Assembly (NCBI RefSeq): GCF_016433145.1
Contig: NC_058134.1
Span: forward strand, 247,876,460-247,940,459
Source: Gracilinanus agilis
Lineage: Eukaryota
Direction: 5' to 3'
Length of the DNA stretch: 64,000 nucleotides
Shown: piece by piece, positions 50,577-62,000 of the stretch
Layout of the letters: each line of letters opens with the position of its first letter
Position numbering within the stretch: position 1 is the stretch's first letter
Translations under genes and position numbers: made by a program
Notes under the pieces: model-generated
What the model saw: the letters and a program-made list of their open reading frames with translations, nothing else
What the model was told of the DNA's origin: nothing
The model's database searches: none

Positions 50577-52247
50577 CTCTAGACTGTCCTGATTCCCACT
50601 GGTTCAATTATACCTCTATGCACAAGACTCCCAGATCTACATATATAGTTCTAGTCTTTCTTTTCATCTCCAATACTAGTCATCATCAACTACATATTAG
50701 CATGTGGAGCTGCATGCCCTACAGGCATTTCAAACTCAAATGTCCCAAAGAGCGCTCACTGTATCTTTCCAAAAGTTCCTTTTTCTCTGGAGGACAATAC
50801 TCTTCCATTGGCCAAAGTTCACATCTTCAGTGTCCTCTCAATTCCTCACTCTCCCTTACTGCATCATAGTTAATAGATCACCAAATTTAGTCACTTCTAC
50901 TTTTACAACAATTTCATTCTTCCCCTTGTCTCCACTCACAGATGTACAGCCATAGTTCTGGGCATCATCACTTCTAGCCTAAACCACTGCAATATTGTGT
51001 TCCCTGCTTCCAGGCTCTCTTTTCTCCAATCCATCTTTCATATAGCTTCAAGAGTGAGACTGTAAAAGCACAGATCTAATCACATCACTTTCCTACTCAA
51101 TAAATTCTCTTGGCTCCCTATTATCTCTAGGATCAAATACAAATGCCTTTGCCTGACATTTTAAGCCATTGAAAATTTATCTCCAACACATCTTTCCAGG
51201 ACTTTTACATAGCATTACTTTTCATATTCTCTTCAACTCAGAGAAACTAGCCTCCTTGCTATTCTCCAGATATCCCATTAGAAGTCTTTACTCCATAGCT
51301 TCACACATAGCACTCCTCCATGACTGAAGAATATTTATTCCTTTACTTCCATTCCTTAGAATCTTTAATTTCCTTCAAAATTCCCCTTAGGCACCATTTC
51401 TCACATGAACAATATCTTTAGCTGCTAGGGTCTCTAACTGAAATAACTTCGTATTTATTTTGTATATAATTATAAATGTACATGCTGTATGCCTCCATTA
51501 AAATGTAAGCTCCTTGGGGGTAAAGATTGTTTCATTTTTGTCTTTTTTCCTCCAGTTTTGAATAAATATTTATTGATGAAATAATCAACCCCAAAGGAGA
51601 ACTTATTATCTTACACAGGAACCGTCCTGGTGCTCTCTTGACACTTGCTTTGTGCCCAAAGGTTTTAAAGTTTTTGATTTTGATTTTAGTTCTATGTCTT
51701 AATGTCACTAAACTTATTAGAAGGCAGGCCCCAAAATAAGAAAACCACTAAGAGTATCTGGTTAAGGTCAAAGAAATATTTGTAAACATGTGGCTTCTGA
51801 AAAAAGCACTAGCATCTGAGTCATCAACATGCAAGAGATTGGATCTTCCCATTAAAACACACACACACACATACACACACACACAAAATACATCAGTCTC
51901 TAATTAGTTCTGAATATGACAAGAATTTCAAATCAAAAGCCAATTTTCAAAGTGGTGCCATCTGGCATTTTATGTGCAAACCTAGAATTTTTGTAAGTGG
52001 GCAAGTTTGTTACTCATTTGTCTATCAGAGTAATCAATGCTGCCAATTTTTGAAAACATGGTTTCCAAATTAAAAATGAATCAAACCAAGTTCTTCCCAG
52101 GCTCAACAAATGGACACAACACAGATAAGGACGTGAAACTACAGTCTCCTTCTGTAAAGTCCCAAATCAATACTTCTAAGAGCTGATAATTCAATACCTT
52201 GCATATTTACAACATAATACATTTCACATAAAATTGAATAATCCCCC

Positions 52248-52249
<2 letters not shown>

Positions 52250-52296
<47 letters not shown>
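52250..52296. repeat. (CA)23 microsatellite
   Basis: direct reading. Confidence 0.97.
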
Positions 52297-52298
<2 letters not shown>

Positions 52299-52405
52299 TT
52301 CAAGGTAGCAAATCACAATGTTGTAATATAACTAGAACAAATAATCCCTTATTAAATGGCAATTTTGCTCTAATCAATTTTTCTAGTCAAAACTATCTTC
52401 TATAT

Positions 52406-52594
52406 CAACGGTCGGCAACCTTTTTGGCAGTGAGAGCCATAAACCTGCAGAAGGAGGAGGATGGAGGCAGAAGGCACTGGAATATGGGGTGGGGGCTAAA
52501 GGGCCCCCTGGAGCAATCCTGGGGCTCTGCCCAGACTGGCTGGTCTGGAGGTAGAGCCAGATATGGCTCGAAAGCCATTCGTTGCTGACCCCTG
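52406..52594 (-). mobile_element. hAT MITE, OC1-like, second copy (189 bp)
   Basis: Ends CAACGGTCGGCAAC / GTTGCTGACCCCTG; TSD ttctatat/ttttatgt (6/8); about 85-90% identical by eye to 32693-32884. Confidence 0.9.
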
Positions 52595-52734
52595 TTTTAT
52601 GTACTCAAAGGGTTTACTGATTTTATTTATATTATTTTCCTCCATTATTTTTCATTTGAAAATGAGGGATGTAAGATAAGAGAATTCCCAGAATCAGAGT
52701 CCTGATATACAAATACAATGGGCCAACTTCTTTA

Positions 52735-53500
52735 ATACATCAATCCTAAGCATGTATTAAAGACCTGCTGTGTGTCAGGCACTATACAAAATGCTAAGTA
52801 CAAAGAATGGCAGAATCCCTACACACAATGAGCTACTGCACTTTAATGAAGGAGATAACAAGTACATATAAAATATACGAATAGCATAAATAAAAATGAA
52901 TAAGCACAAATATATAAAAAGATCTCTTTACTGTAATGTTTTCATTAAAGCAAAGACACATGGATATTCATACAAAAACTTTCAGCAGTATTATCTAATG
53001 TCTAGATTTCCTAACATTTCTTCTTCTCACAATACTGAACAATAAACAAATATTTTTTAAGTACCACTTACATCAGAGGCACTGTTATAATTACTGACAT
53101 AGACATAAAACTAAAAAAACCTCCTGCAATCTAATGGGGAAGGTAAGACATACATACATACATCTAATCACAACACAAAATAGGATGATAAATGTGTAAG
53201 AAATGCAAAGAGAGAGTTCCAAAGAAAGACTAAGGGAATCAAGGGAGCTTCATGGAAGAGGAGTCGATAACTGATTTGGTTTTTGAAGTCTGAAGTTTGA
53301 AGTCTGAAAAGATGGGGAAAGTGAAGAGTTTTTAGGTGTAGGAAAAGACAGAGACCAAAAGCACAGGGAGACAGACAGGATGAGTATTTTAGCTCAGGGG
53401 ACCTTGCCAGGAGAGAAGGAGAATAGTGTGAGATAAAGCAACAAAAGTCAGTTGGACACTGACTTCTGGAAAGACTTGAACCTGAAGGAGGGAGAACTAA
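52735..53500 (-). mobile_element. L2 3' fragments
   Basis: aagcatgtattaaagacctgctgtgtgtcaggcactat and related reverse-L2 tails. Confidence 0.6.
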
Positions 53501-54229
53501 GAAGACAATGAAGAAAGGCAGCTGAGTGCCTTTTTGCAGCAGTCTAATTAATCAGTAGAAGCTAACCTGGTACTCAATTTAACCCTTTACCTACTTGGTC
53601 TACAAAGCACATTTATGCTTCTAGAAGGCAGTTGGCAGCAGTTGTTGCTTTACCAAAATTGAGAAGGAAAGTAGAGTCAGGCTATAGGGAAAAACCTATT
53701 TTTAAAAATTTTCTATATAAAATGTGTGAAGGGAAATAGACAAGATGGGCAAATGTATGAGTCACTGTGGTACATTTTGTTCCTTTTGGTTGAAAATCTC
53801 AGAGTCTTCCTTTCTTTTACTATAAATGAAATGCTCTAAATTAACATAATCCTTTAAAGGTTGGTTGTCTGTCACCCATATGTTAACTGGAATACAGATT
53901 TTCTTCAGGATTTTTTAATGATCTTGGTAGACTAGATGGATAAAATGAGCTATCATGAAATAAAAACTTTTCATTCTAAGTTATTTCTTTTAGCCAAAGT
54001 TGAGATAATGAAAGTCCCAAATTCTGATGCTCATAGCATTCACATAGAATCACTGAGCTCTGCAGGCCTTAAGCTGACTTTTAATTAACTAAATAAAAGC
54101 CTTTTCACGTAGCATGTCCTTCAAGGCTCCACTCAAGGATAGTCTCCCTCAAGAGATCTTTTCTGATTATCTTAATTTGTTACTGTCTCATCTCTATCAC
54201 TTGTAAATACATTGTAAATTTTGAATATA

Positions 54230-54269
<40 letters not shown>

Positions 54270-55329
54270 GTATATTGGAATGTAAGCTTCATTGGGTAGG
54301 ACAGTGACTTGTCTCTCTTTTGTGTTTGTTTCTCCAGGGAATATCAATGCCTGGCACTGACAGATTAATTTATGGGGCAAAGGATAAGAGATTGGTCTGG
54401 AGAAGGGAAAATGAAGTCAGAATTCTTTATTGTAGGGTAAATAAATGGAGATTTTTGAACCTTGGACTTCATCCCCCATAAGTCCTTAGTTTTCCCAGAT
54501 CCCCTTTAATCTCTCCTGCACCTCCACATTTGCATGGTCACTTTATTTTTTTATAGTTGGCTGTAACTCCTCCCTCTTTCTCCTTGGTTCCTGGGTGTGA
54601 GCTGGTTAGTACCTTCTAGTCTCTTTTGTTAGCTTATTATAAATAAAATATTTATAAATATATTTAGTATTTTGCATATTAATTTTAATCTCCACAGGGG
54701 ACAGGCAAGTGGAGTTTTCCTTAAGGCAAATTGATGAATTCACCTAAAGAGCACAGTCAAGTGGAGTTAAGTGAAGTCCAAAGACCTATTTAGCTCTCCT
54801 TCCTTTATGAAATATAAAGATGTTCTCTTTAATGGGATTATGGAATAGTCAGCTATTGGGTACCCAATAAAAGGCCACAAGCCCTTGCGACCTTAAAAAA
54901 CAAAACAAAAACACCTCCCTAGAGAGATAGAGTTGGAGATTTAGGAGCAGAAAGCAAAGGAGTTGGACGTGGAAACAGAAAATAAGAACCAACTATGGAT
55001 TCAAGAGAACTAGTCTTAGAAGTCAAGTGTTGAGTTGCAGATGGCCTGCCCAGCAGAAATGCTGTGTTCAGGGGAACCGTGTGAGAATATCTCTAGAAGG
55101 GAAAAGATATTGAGACACTACAGTGCCCTAGGTTTAAAGTGTCTTGGTATATATATTCTCTACATGTATTGTGAGGAACAAATCCTGACAAGATGGTGGA
55201 CTCCTCTCATAAGCCCATATGATGGAATAAAAAAGAAAAGAATAAAACAAATTGAGTTGTTTCATGTTCCTAGCTTTCCCCCACAGCCACGTCAGCATGA
55301 CATAATGAGGAATACATGATAGGTTAGTC

Positions 55330-55540
55330 CAGTGATGGTGAACCTTTTAGGGGGTGGGTGATATGAAAAGTGTCCTCAGGCACATGTGGAGAGGGTCAGG
55401 GGAGCAGCCTGGTCCTGTGTTCCTCTGGCTTTCTGGTAACAAACTCTGGTGAAATCTGTGCTGGGGTGATGGCTCGTGTGCTCATAGAAAGGACTCTGAC
55501 TGCCTTTTCTGGCATGTGTGCAAAAGGTTCACCACCACAG
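55330..55540. mobile_element. hAT MITE, hAT1-like (211 bp), perfect 8-bp TSD
   Basis: TIRs CAGTGATGGTGAACCT / AGGTTCACCACCACAG; TSD GGTTAGTC at 55322-55329 and 55541-55548. Confidence 0.93.
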
Positions 55541-56609
55541 GGTTAGTCCTTTAAAAAGATAACAGATGAAGTTGCTTACTTTGATTAGTTAAAACCCATG
55601 TGAATGATTGGGGTTGTAAACTGCATTCTGATCAGTGGGATCTCATGACTAGATTATCACTTTCTGGCCAGTGGTGAACAAGAGGAAGCACTGATTCATG
55701 TTAGGTACCAGGATAAAGGGAAGCTTGCATGCTCCCACTCTTTGTATTTACTTGCTGACTATAACACTGGCTCATGAGTACCCCATTCTCCTGAGGATGA
55801 AATAATTTTGCCACATTAACAGTGAGTTCAAGATTCTTTTGGGTAGGTGGTCATTCCTTTCATGCATACTATATTGTCAGCACACTCAAATTTGTACCCG
55901 CTCTTTCCAGTGATCCTGAAATTATGGGCCAGCATGCCTCAGGTTTATAGAGGTGATGCTTTTTAGCTGTTGTTTCTACCAAACCATTTTAGTAAATGCC
56001 TTTTCTAATTGTGTCTCCTGGCTGTCTACCTGGTAAATGAGAGGAGAGGATTAGCAGGCTATAATTTTAGGAATATAGACCTGTACAATATCCAATAAAC
56101 CTTGAAATAGGGGCCACTCTACAAGGGACCAAATTATAGTTTTGACTTGAAGGAAGGGGTAGACCTTGGAAGAGTGTTACATTGTACATATGTCATTCAA
56201 GATATATTTAAGTGCCCTATACATTTGGAAGACTTCACTGAAGAGATTATTCATTGAGTTCTTCCTGGATATCTCAAAATTAAAGAGATCCTTAGGAAAA
56301 AAGTTAGCAGGTTTAAAAAATTATTTTATTTTAGGCTACAATTGACATGGTATTGTGTACCTTTATAAATCATAGCCATTTCTTTAATATAACTTTTGTA
56401 TGGCTTAAGGCTTTCGTAAGTATTTATACCATATTTTTCAAAATGTGTATATTTTGAGTTTGGAAACTGATTTGAGCAGTATTGATGTTGAATCCTTAGA
56501 ATGAATGCTCATGGCTGGAAATGCACTTAGATATATAGGATTTGTTTTAAAGGATTGATTCATTGATTAAGGGGTAAAGATAATTAGAGAATTCTGTAGT
56601 ATGCTGTTA

Positions 56610-56745
56610 ACTAGAAATCTTAACCTTTTCTATGTTATAGACCTTGCTTTGTCAGTTTGGCAAAACCTTTGGACCCCTTTCTCAGTTTCAGTTTTAAATT
56701 CATAAAGTAAAATATAGAGGATTACAAAAATAAACCAATTTTATT
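56610..56745. mobile_element. ancient hAT-Charlie MITE fragment (Charlie4z-like)
   Basis: tttggaccccttt.ctcag...taaattcataaagtaaaatatagaggattacaaaaataaaccaattttattgaa resembles the remembered consensus. Confidence 0.55.
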
Positions 56746-56789
56746 GAACTGAATGCACATTTTTTGCCCACCTACATTCATGAACTTTA

Positions 56790-57025
56790 ATTAAGGACCC
56801 TTAAAATGATATATGGTATATTATCTCATTAGATTCTCAAAACAACTGTTAGAGATAGGCACTATTTTTAATCACTAGTTTTTTATACTTGAGGAAACTG
56901 AAGCAAAGAGAAGTTAAGCAACTTGCCTTAGGTCACACAGGTTATACGTGTCTGAGGTGGAATCTGAACTTGAGTCTTCCTGACTCCAAGTTCAGTCTTC
57001 TACTCAGGGTACTGCCCAGCTGCCT
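56790..57025 (-). mobile_element. MIR/MAR-type SINE
   Basis: gaggaaactgaagcaaagagaagttaagcaacttgccttaggtcacacag...tgtctgaggtggaatctgaacttgagtcttcctgactccaag. Confidence 0.85.
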
Positions 57026-57044
57026 AATCAAACCTAACCTCATT

Positions 57045-57683
57045 TTAAATATGAGGAAAGTGTTTGCAACATATTTTTAAAATATTTCTCACGGACTTGC
57101 CATGCCTGGCCATGTGAATCACCTGAAGTGGACAGTCATCCATTTTGACAAGCATCAAGAGGTTGTTTTGTCTCAATATATGCTTAAGAAGACAATGGAA
57201 AACTCTTTTGTTGCTATCAGGTTGAGAAATTGATGCTCCAGTGCCTGAAAAGGGAATCAGCAATTCCTATTCCTCTTTTCTTTTTCTTCTGTTTCTTTAC
57301 CAGATGATCTCTTATCTTATCTCAACTTCTGTAGTTTTCCTATGTCATTTTTTTTATTATTTTTTTAAAACCCTTACCTTCCGTCTTGGAGTCAATACTG
57401 TGTGTTGGCTCCAAGGCAGAAGAGTGATAAAGGCTAGGCAATGGGGGTCAAGTGACTTGTCCAGGGTCTATGCCATTTCTTGAAGGACAAGCGGTTTCTT
57501 CCTCCCCAGAACATCTAGTCCCTCTTCTTCAGAAGTCTTGAAGCCATTTTTAAGGTCTAATTGTACAGGGGCCAAATTCTGATAAGTGTCCATACTCCCC
57601 AATGCATGATGCTGCACCTTGATCTTTCGTATCACAGTAGAATATGCTATCTTTAACGCAAAGTGCTTGCTATGGAAAACTGG
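57045..57683 (-). pseudogene. possible decayed reverse-transcriptase-like coding relic (speculative)
   Basis: Collinear motifs PVF..K / L.I.Y / LDLKNGF / F..L...ILR / KMDD / H(+11) / VRNIL across two ORFs separated by a SINE; spacing is imperfect. Confidence 0.25.
57351..57467 (-). mobile_element. 5'-truncated SINE1_Mdo-type SINE with TSD
   Basis: Poly(T) and opossum-type tail; TSD ctatgtcattt (57340-57350) / ctatgccattt (57468-57478). Confidence 0.9.
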
Positions 57684-58689
57684 TTGTTTTCCAGAAAGAA
57701 ATCTTGACCAATAAATGAAGAATATTTTGTAGGACTGTGGCCTTGATTTAATATAAGATGTGATATTAATGTGTGATATGATTAAAAAGAAAGATGTTGG
57801 TAAATATTGGAAAGCCAAAGGATCCGTGTGTACTATGGTATGTGCACTGTAAGTACAGAACTCAATCTACATTATTTGAAGATATGTGAGAGTTTGATGG
57901 TTAATTTGCTGATGAAGGAAGTAAGATGACTCTTAAGGAATGCTCCTAATTGTTTCCCAATAAGAGGGAGAAGAGGCTATTGATTTCATGTTAAAATTAA
58001 AGAAGTTGCTGTTGTGGACCACAATCAAAGGTGAAGTTTCTACAGAGAACATGGACCATGGAGACCAGCACAAATTCTCAGAAGGATAGTATATGTCAAG
58101 TTAATAAGCATTTATTGAGCATATACTATGTGTCAGCCACTGTGCTAAGTGAACTTGTACTACTGCTACCATTATGGCAGCTACATAAGTGAAATAAGCA
58201 GTCTTGACACTCTGAACTCTTACAACTGCTCTCTTAGAGAAAAGAAGAGTCTACGAGTATGGAGAATCTCCTGAGAATCCAAGATATTTTCCCAGGAATA
58301 GGTCACTGAAATAGTGAAATAGGCTCACTGAAAGTGAGAAGTTGTTTAAGACTACTAGAGGGTCTATGCGGGGAACCTAGGCTAGTCTTTTGGAAGACAG
58401 TGTTAATAGGTAGTCACCATTACTAGAAGAGAAAAGAATTTGGCAGCAGAGGACAAAGTGGCCTCAGAGCAAGAAAACAGAGACGGAATGTAGATAACAA
58501 AGTCTGGTCATATTCTATTATAAATATGTCCTGAAAGGATACATAAATAACATGTGATTAAGATTATTAGCCTGTATGTGATTAAGAGGAATGCAAAGTT
58601 TGTGGGCAAAAGTTTAAATTAAAAAACAATTTCCATAGGAAAATAGGTATATCTAGGAGTATACCTGCCAAAACAAACCCAGAAAGTGT

Positions 58690-60310
58690 ATGAAAATAAT
58701 TTTTTTTACATAAAGTCAGTTTGAAATAAATTAAAAAATATTAATTGTTCGTGGATGGGCAGAGTAAATAAAATTAAAATGATAATCCTATCTAAACTAA
58801 TCTACTTATTCAATGCTATATCAATTAATTACCAAAAAAATTTGTTGAGCTAGAAAAAATGATAGCAAAATACACCTGGAAGAACACAAGGCCAAGAAGA
58901 TCAAAGGAATTAATGAAAAATGGTGTAAAAAGGAGGCCTAGCAGTATCAGATTTTAAACTGTATTATAAAGTAGTTATTATCAAAAGTATCTGGGGGACA
59001 ACAGGGTGGCTCAGTGGATTGAGAGTCAGGCCTATAAATGGGATGTCCTGGGCTTAAATTTGACCTCAGACACTTCTAGCTGTGTGATCCTGGCAAGTCA
59101 CTTAACCCCCATTGCCTAGTCCTTACCACTCTTCTGCCTTGGAACCAATACACAGTATTGACTCTAAGACAGAAGGTGAGGGTTTTAAAAAAAGTATCTT
59201 GTACTAAGAAATAGAAAGGTAGATCAGTAGAACAGAACACACACTTTAAACAGTAGAAACATATTATAGTAATCTTATATCTGACAAAAGTAAAGATCCA
59301 AGGTTTGCAGATAAAAATTTACTATTCAGTCAAAATTGTTGGGTTAACTGGAAAGCAGATTTTGACAAACCAATATCTTACACCATTTACCAAATTAGAT
59401 AAAAATGTATACATAATCTAGACACAAAGGGGGATATCAACAAATTAGAAGAATAGGGACTATATTGCCTAAAAGATCTTTGGATAGGAGAGAAATTTGT
59501 GAACAAGAAATAAAGAGCATTGCTAGATGTAATATGGATAATTCTGATTCATTTTGTACAAATGAAACTAACGTAGCCAAGATTAGAAGGAAAACAGAAA
59601 ACTGGTGGTGGTGGTGGGGTGTTTGCAGACAGTTTCTCAGAGTTCTCATACCTAAAATATAGAGAATTTTGTCAAATGTATAAGAATATGATTCATTCTC
59701 CAATTGAGAAATGGTCAAATGATATGAACAGACAGCTTTTGGATGAAGAAATCAAAGCTATATGCAGTCATATAAAAATGCTCTCAATCATTACTGATTA
59801 GAGAACGCAAAATAAAACAGTTCTGAGATGGCATCTCATACCTAACATCTTGGCTAAAACAATAAAAGGACAAAATGGCAAATACTTAAGGAGATATGAA
59901 AAAACAAAGACACCAATAATATGGAACTGTGAATAGATCCATTTATTTTGGAGAACAATCTGGTATTATGCCCAATGGGTTGAAAAATGTACATACCCTT
60001 AGACACAGTAATACCACTATTAGATCTGTTTACCAAGATGATCAGGGAAAAAGAATCTATATGTTCTAAATTATTTATAGAAGCTCTCTTTGTAGTGGCA
60101 TAGAACTAAACATTGAAGAGATGCCCATCAATTGGGGAATGATTGAATAAGCTGTGGCACATGATTGTAATGGAATACTACTATACTGTAAAAATAATGA
60201 ACAGATTAATTTTTAAAAACATAGAAATAGCCATATAAAGTTATGAAAAGCAAAATGAGTAGAACCAAGAATGTTATATTCAACTAAAGAATTAGTGATT
60301 AAAGAACAAT
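58690..60310 (+). mobile_element. L1 fragment 1 (ORF2 C-terminal part to 3' UTR)
   Basis: ttcaatgctatatcaatt...gagctagaaaaaatg, aaactgtattataaag, tagatccatttattttggagaacaatctgg, atgcccatcaattggggaatg. Confidence 0.9.
58993..59189 (+). mobile_element. SINE1_Mdo-type SINE in L1 fragment 1
   Basis: TSD aaaagtatct at 58983-58992 and 59190-59199. Confidence 0.93.
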
Positions 60311-60334
60311 CTGTGACAGAACTAAGGAAAATGG

Positions 60335-62000
60335 GAAGTACTTGTCTCACTGGAGTAAAAAGGGAGAGTAGCCCATCTTGTTCAACATTGGAGGAACCAG
60401 CAGAGTGAAGAGCAGCCCACTGCATGGGGCCCAGGGAAAGGTACTCCAGTGCCTGAGCAGATCTACAGAGGAGCAGCCTAAGACATGCTGAGGACCATGA
60501 GGAGTTGCCCTGTGTAAGAACACCCTGGGAAACCCTAAGCTGAAGGAACAATCCAGTAATCATAATACGTGGGGAAGCTGGCAATTGAATAGTGAAATCC
60601 AGCTCAATCCAGTGCATTTGGCACCCAGGGGTAGTCAGGGTCAGTACTCCTTCCACCTCAAGAAATAAAGCTTTCACTCTTTGCAGATAATATGATGGTA
60701 TACTTAGAGAATCAGCTAAAAAACTTATTGAAACAATCAACTTTATCAAAATTGCAGGACATAAAATAAATGTAATATAAATATAAATAAATAAATAAAT
60801 GTCAGTAGCATTTCTTTAAACTACCAATAAAGCCCAAGGCAAGAGATAGAAAGTAAAATCCCATTTTAAAAAACTGTACACGATATAAAATATCTGCCAG
60901 GACAAACCCAGGAACTAAATGCTCACAACTATAAAACACTTTTGACTCATATAAAGTCAGATCTAAACAAATGGAAAAAAACATTAATTGCTCATGGGTA
61001 GGCTGAGTCAATATAACAAAAATGACAATTCTACCTAAATTAATTTACCTATTCAATGGCATACCAATCAAATTAACCAAATTATTTCATAGAGCTAGAA
61101 AAATAATAATAAAATTCATCTAGAAGGCCAAGAATATCAAGGGAATTAATAAAAAAATGAAGGTAGTTTAGTTGTACCACGTCTAAAACTGTATTATAAA
61201 GCAGCAACCAACAAAAAAAATCTGGTCCTGGTTAAGAAATAGAAGAGTGGGGGGCAGCTGGGTAGCTCAGTGGAGTGAGAGTCAGGCCTAGAGACAGGAG
61301 GTCCTAGGTTCAAATCCGGCCTCAGACACTTCCCAGCTGTGTGACCCTGGGCAAGTCACTTGACCCCCATTGCCCACCCTTACCAATCTTCCACCTATGA
61401 GACAATACACCAAAGTACAAGGGTTTAAAAAAAATTTAAAAAAATTAAAAAAAAAGAAATAGAAGAGTGGATTGATGGAATAGATTAGGTTATCAAATAC
61501 ACAGTAGTAAATGACCATAGTAATCTAATGTTTGACAAACCCAAATATCCTAGCTTTTAGAACTCATAATTTGACAAAAACTGCTAGGAAGACTAGAAAA
61601 CAATATGGCAGAAAGTAGGCACGGACTAACACCTCCCACCATATATTTTCATATAAAGTCAAATGGAAACATGATATTGAAATAAAGGTAGATATCATAA
61701 ATTAGGGTAGTGTCTGACTTATGGATGAGGGAAGAATTTATTTTTAAACATAACACAAAGAATATGTTGTTATATAAAGTAGATAACTTTATTGGAAAAT
61801 TTTGCACAAACAAAAACCAATACAACCAAGATTAGAAGGGAAACAACAAACTTGGTAAAAAGTTTTATACCAAGTGTTTCCTATACAGGCTTTATTTCTT
61901 AAATATATAGAGAAATCAGTCAAATTTATAAGAACACAAAGCATTCTCCAACTGACAAATAGTTAAAGATATGATCAAATACATCAAAAGCTCCTGTTTT
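60335..62000 (+). mobile_element. L1 fragment 2 (RT to C-terminal ORF2) containing a ~270 bp foreign insert
   Basis: ttgttcaacattgga (LFNIV) ... aagaaataaagctttcactctttgcagataatatgatggtatacttagagaat (EIKLSLFADNMMVYLEN, decayed FADD). Confidence 0.9.
61251..61453 (+). mobile_element. young SINE1_Mdo-type SINE in L1 fragment 2
   Basis: Perfect 17-bp TSD aagaaatagaagagtgg (61234-61250, 61454-61470); intact A- and B-box-like head. Confidence 0.96.

Larger units (their letters stand above)
49705..51575 (+). mobile_element. L2 LINE (RT to 3' end) interrupted by MITEs
   Basis: AAFVTIDNLFFLDTL resembles L2 AAFDTVDHSLLLETL; L2 tail at 51490-51575. Confidence 0.88.

Noticed and set aside
57123-57244. 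122-nt minus exon with good acceptor and donor
   Set aside because: The upstream donor gives a 56-nt intron (too short) and no partner exons are evident; mentioned only within the RT-like hypothesis
57320-57530. KRAB-like EM..ENYRS and a DVLGRKK resemblance to a coiled-coil protein C-terminus
   Set aside because: Only 5-6 residues match, with in-frame stops and no further alignment
58395-58405. AGACAGTGTTA, complementary to the miR-141/200a 5' end
   Set aside because: An 11-mer match is at chance level, with no hairpin and no known transcript
60213-60749. 178-aa minus ORF as a gene
   Set aside because: Mostly antisense L1 plus an orphan insert; antisense L1 is often stop-poor
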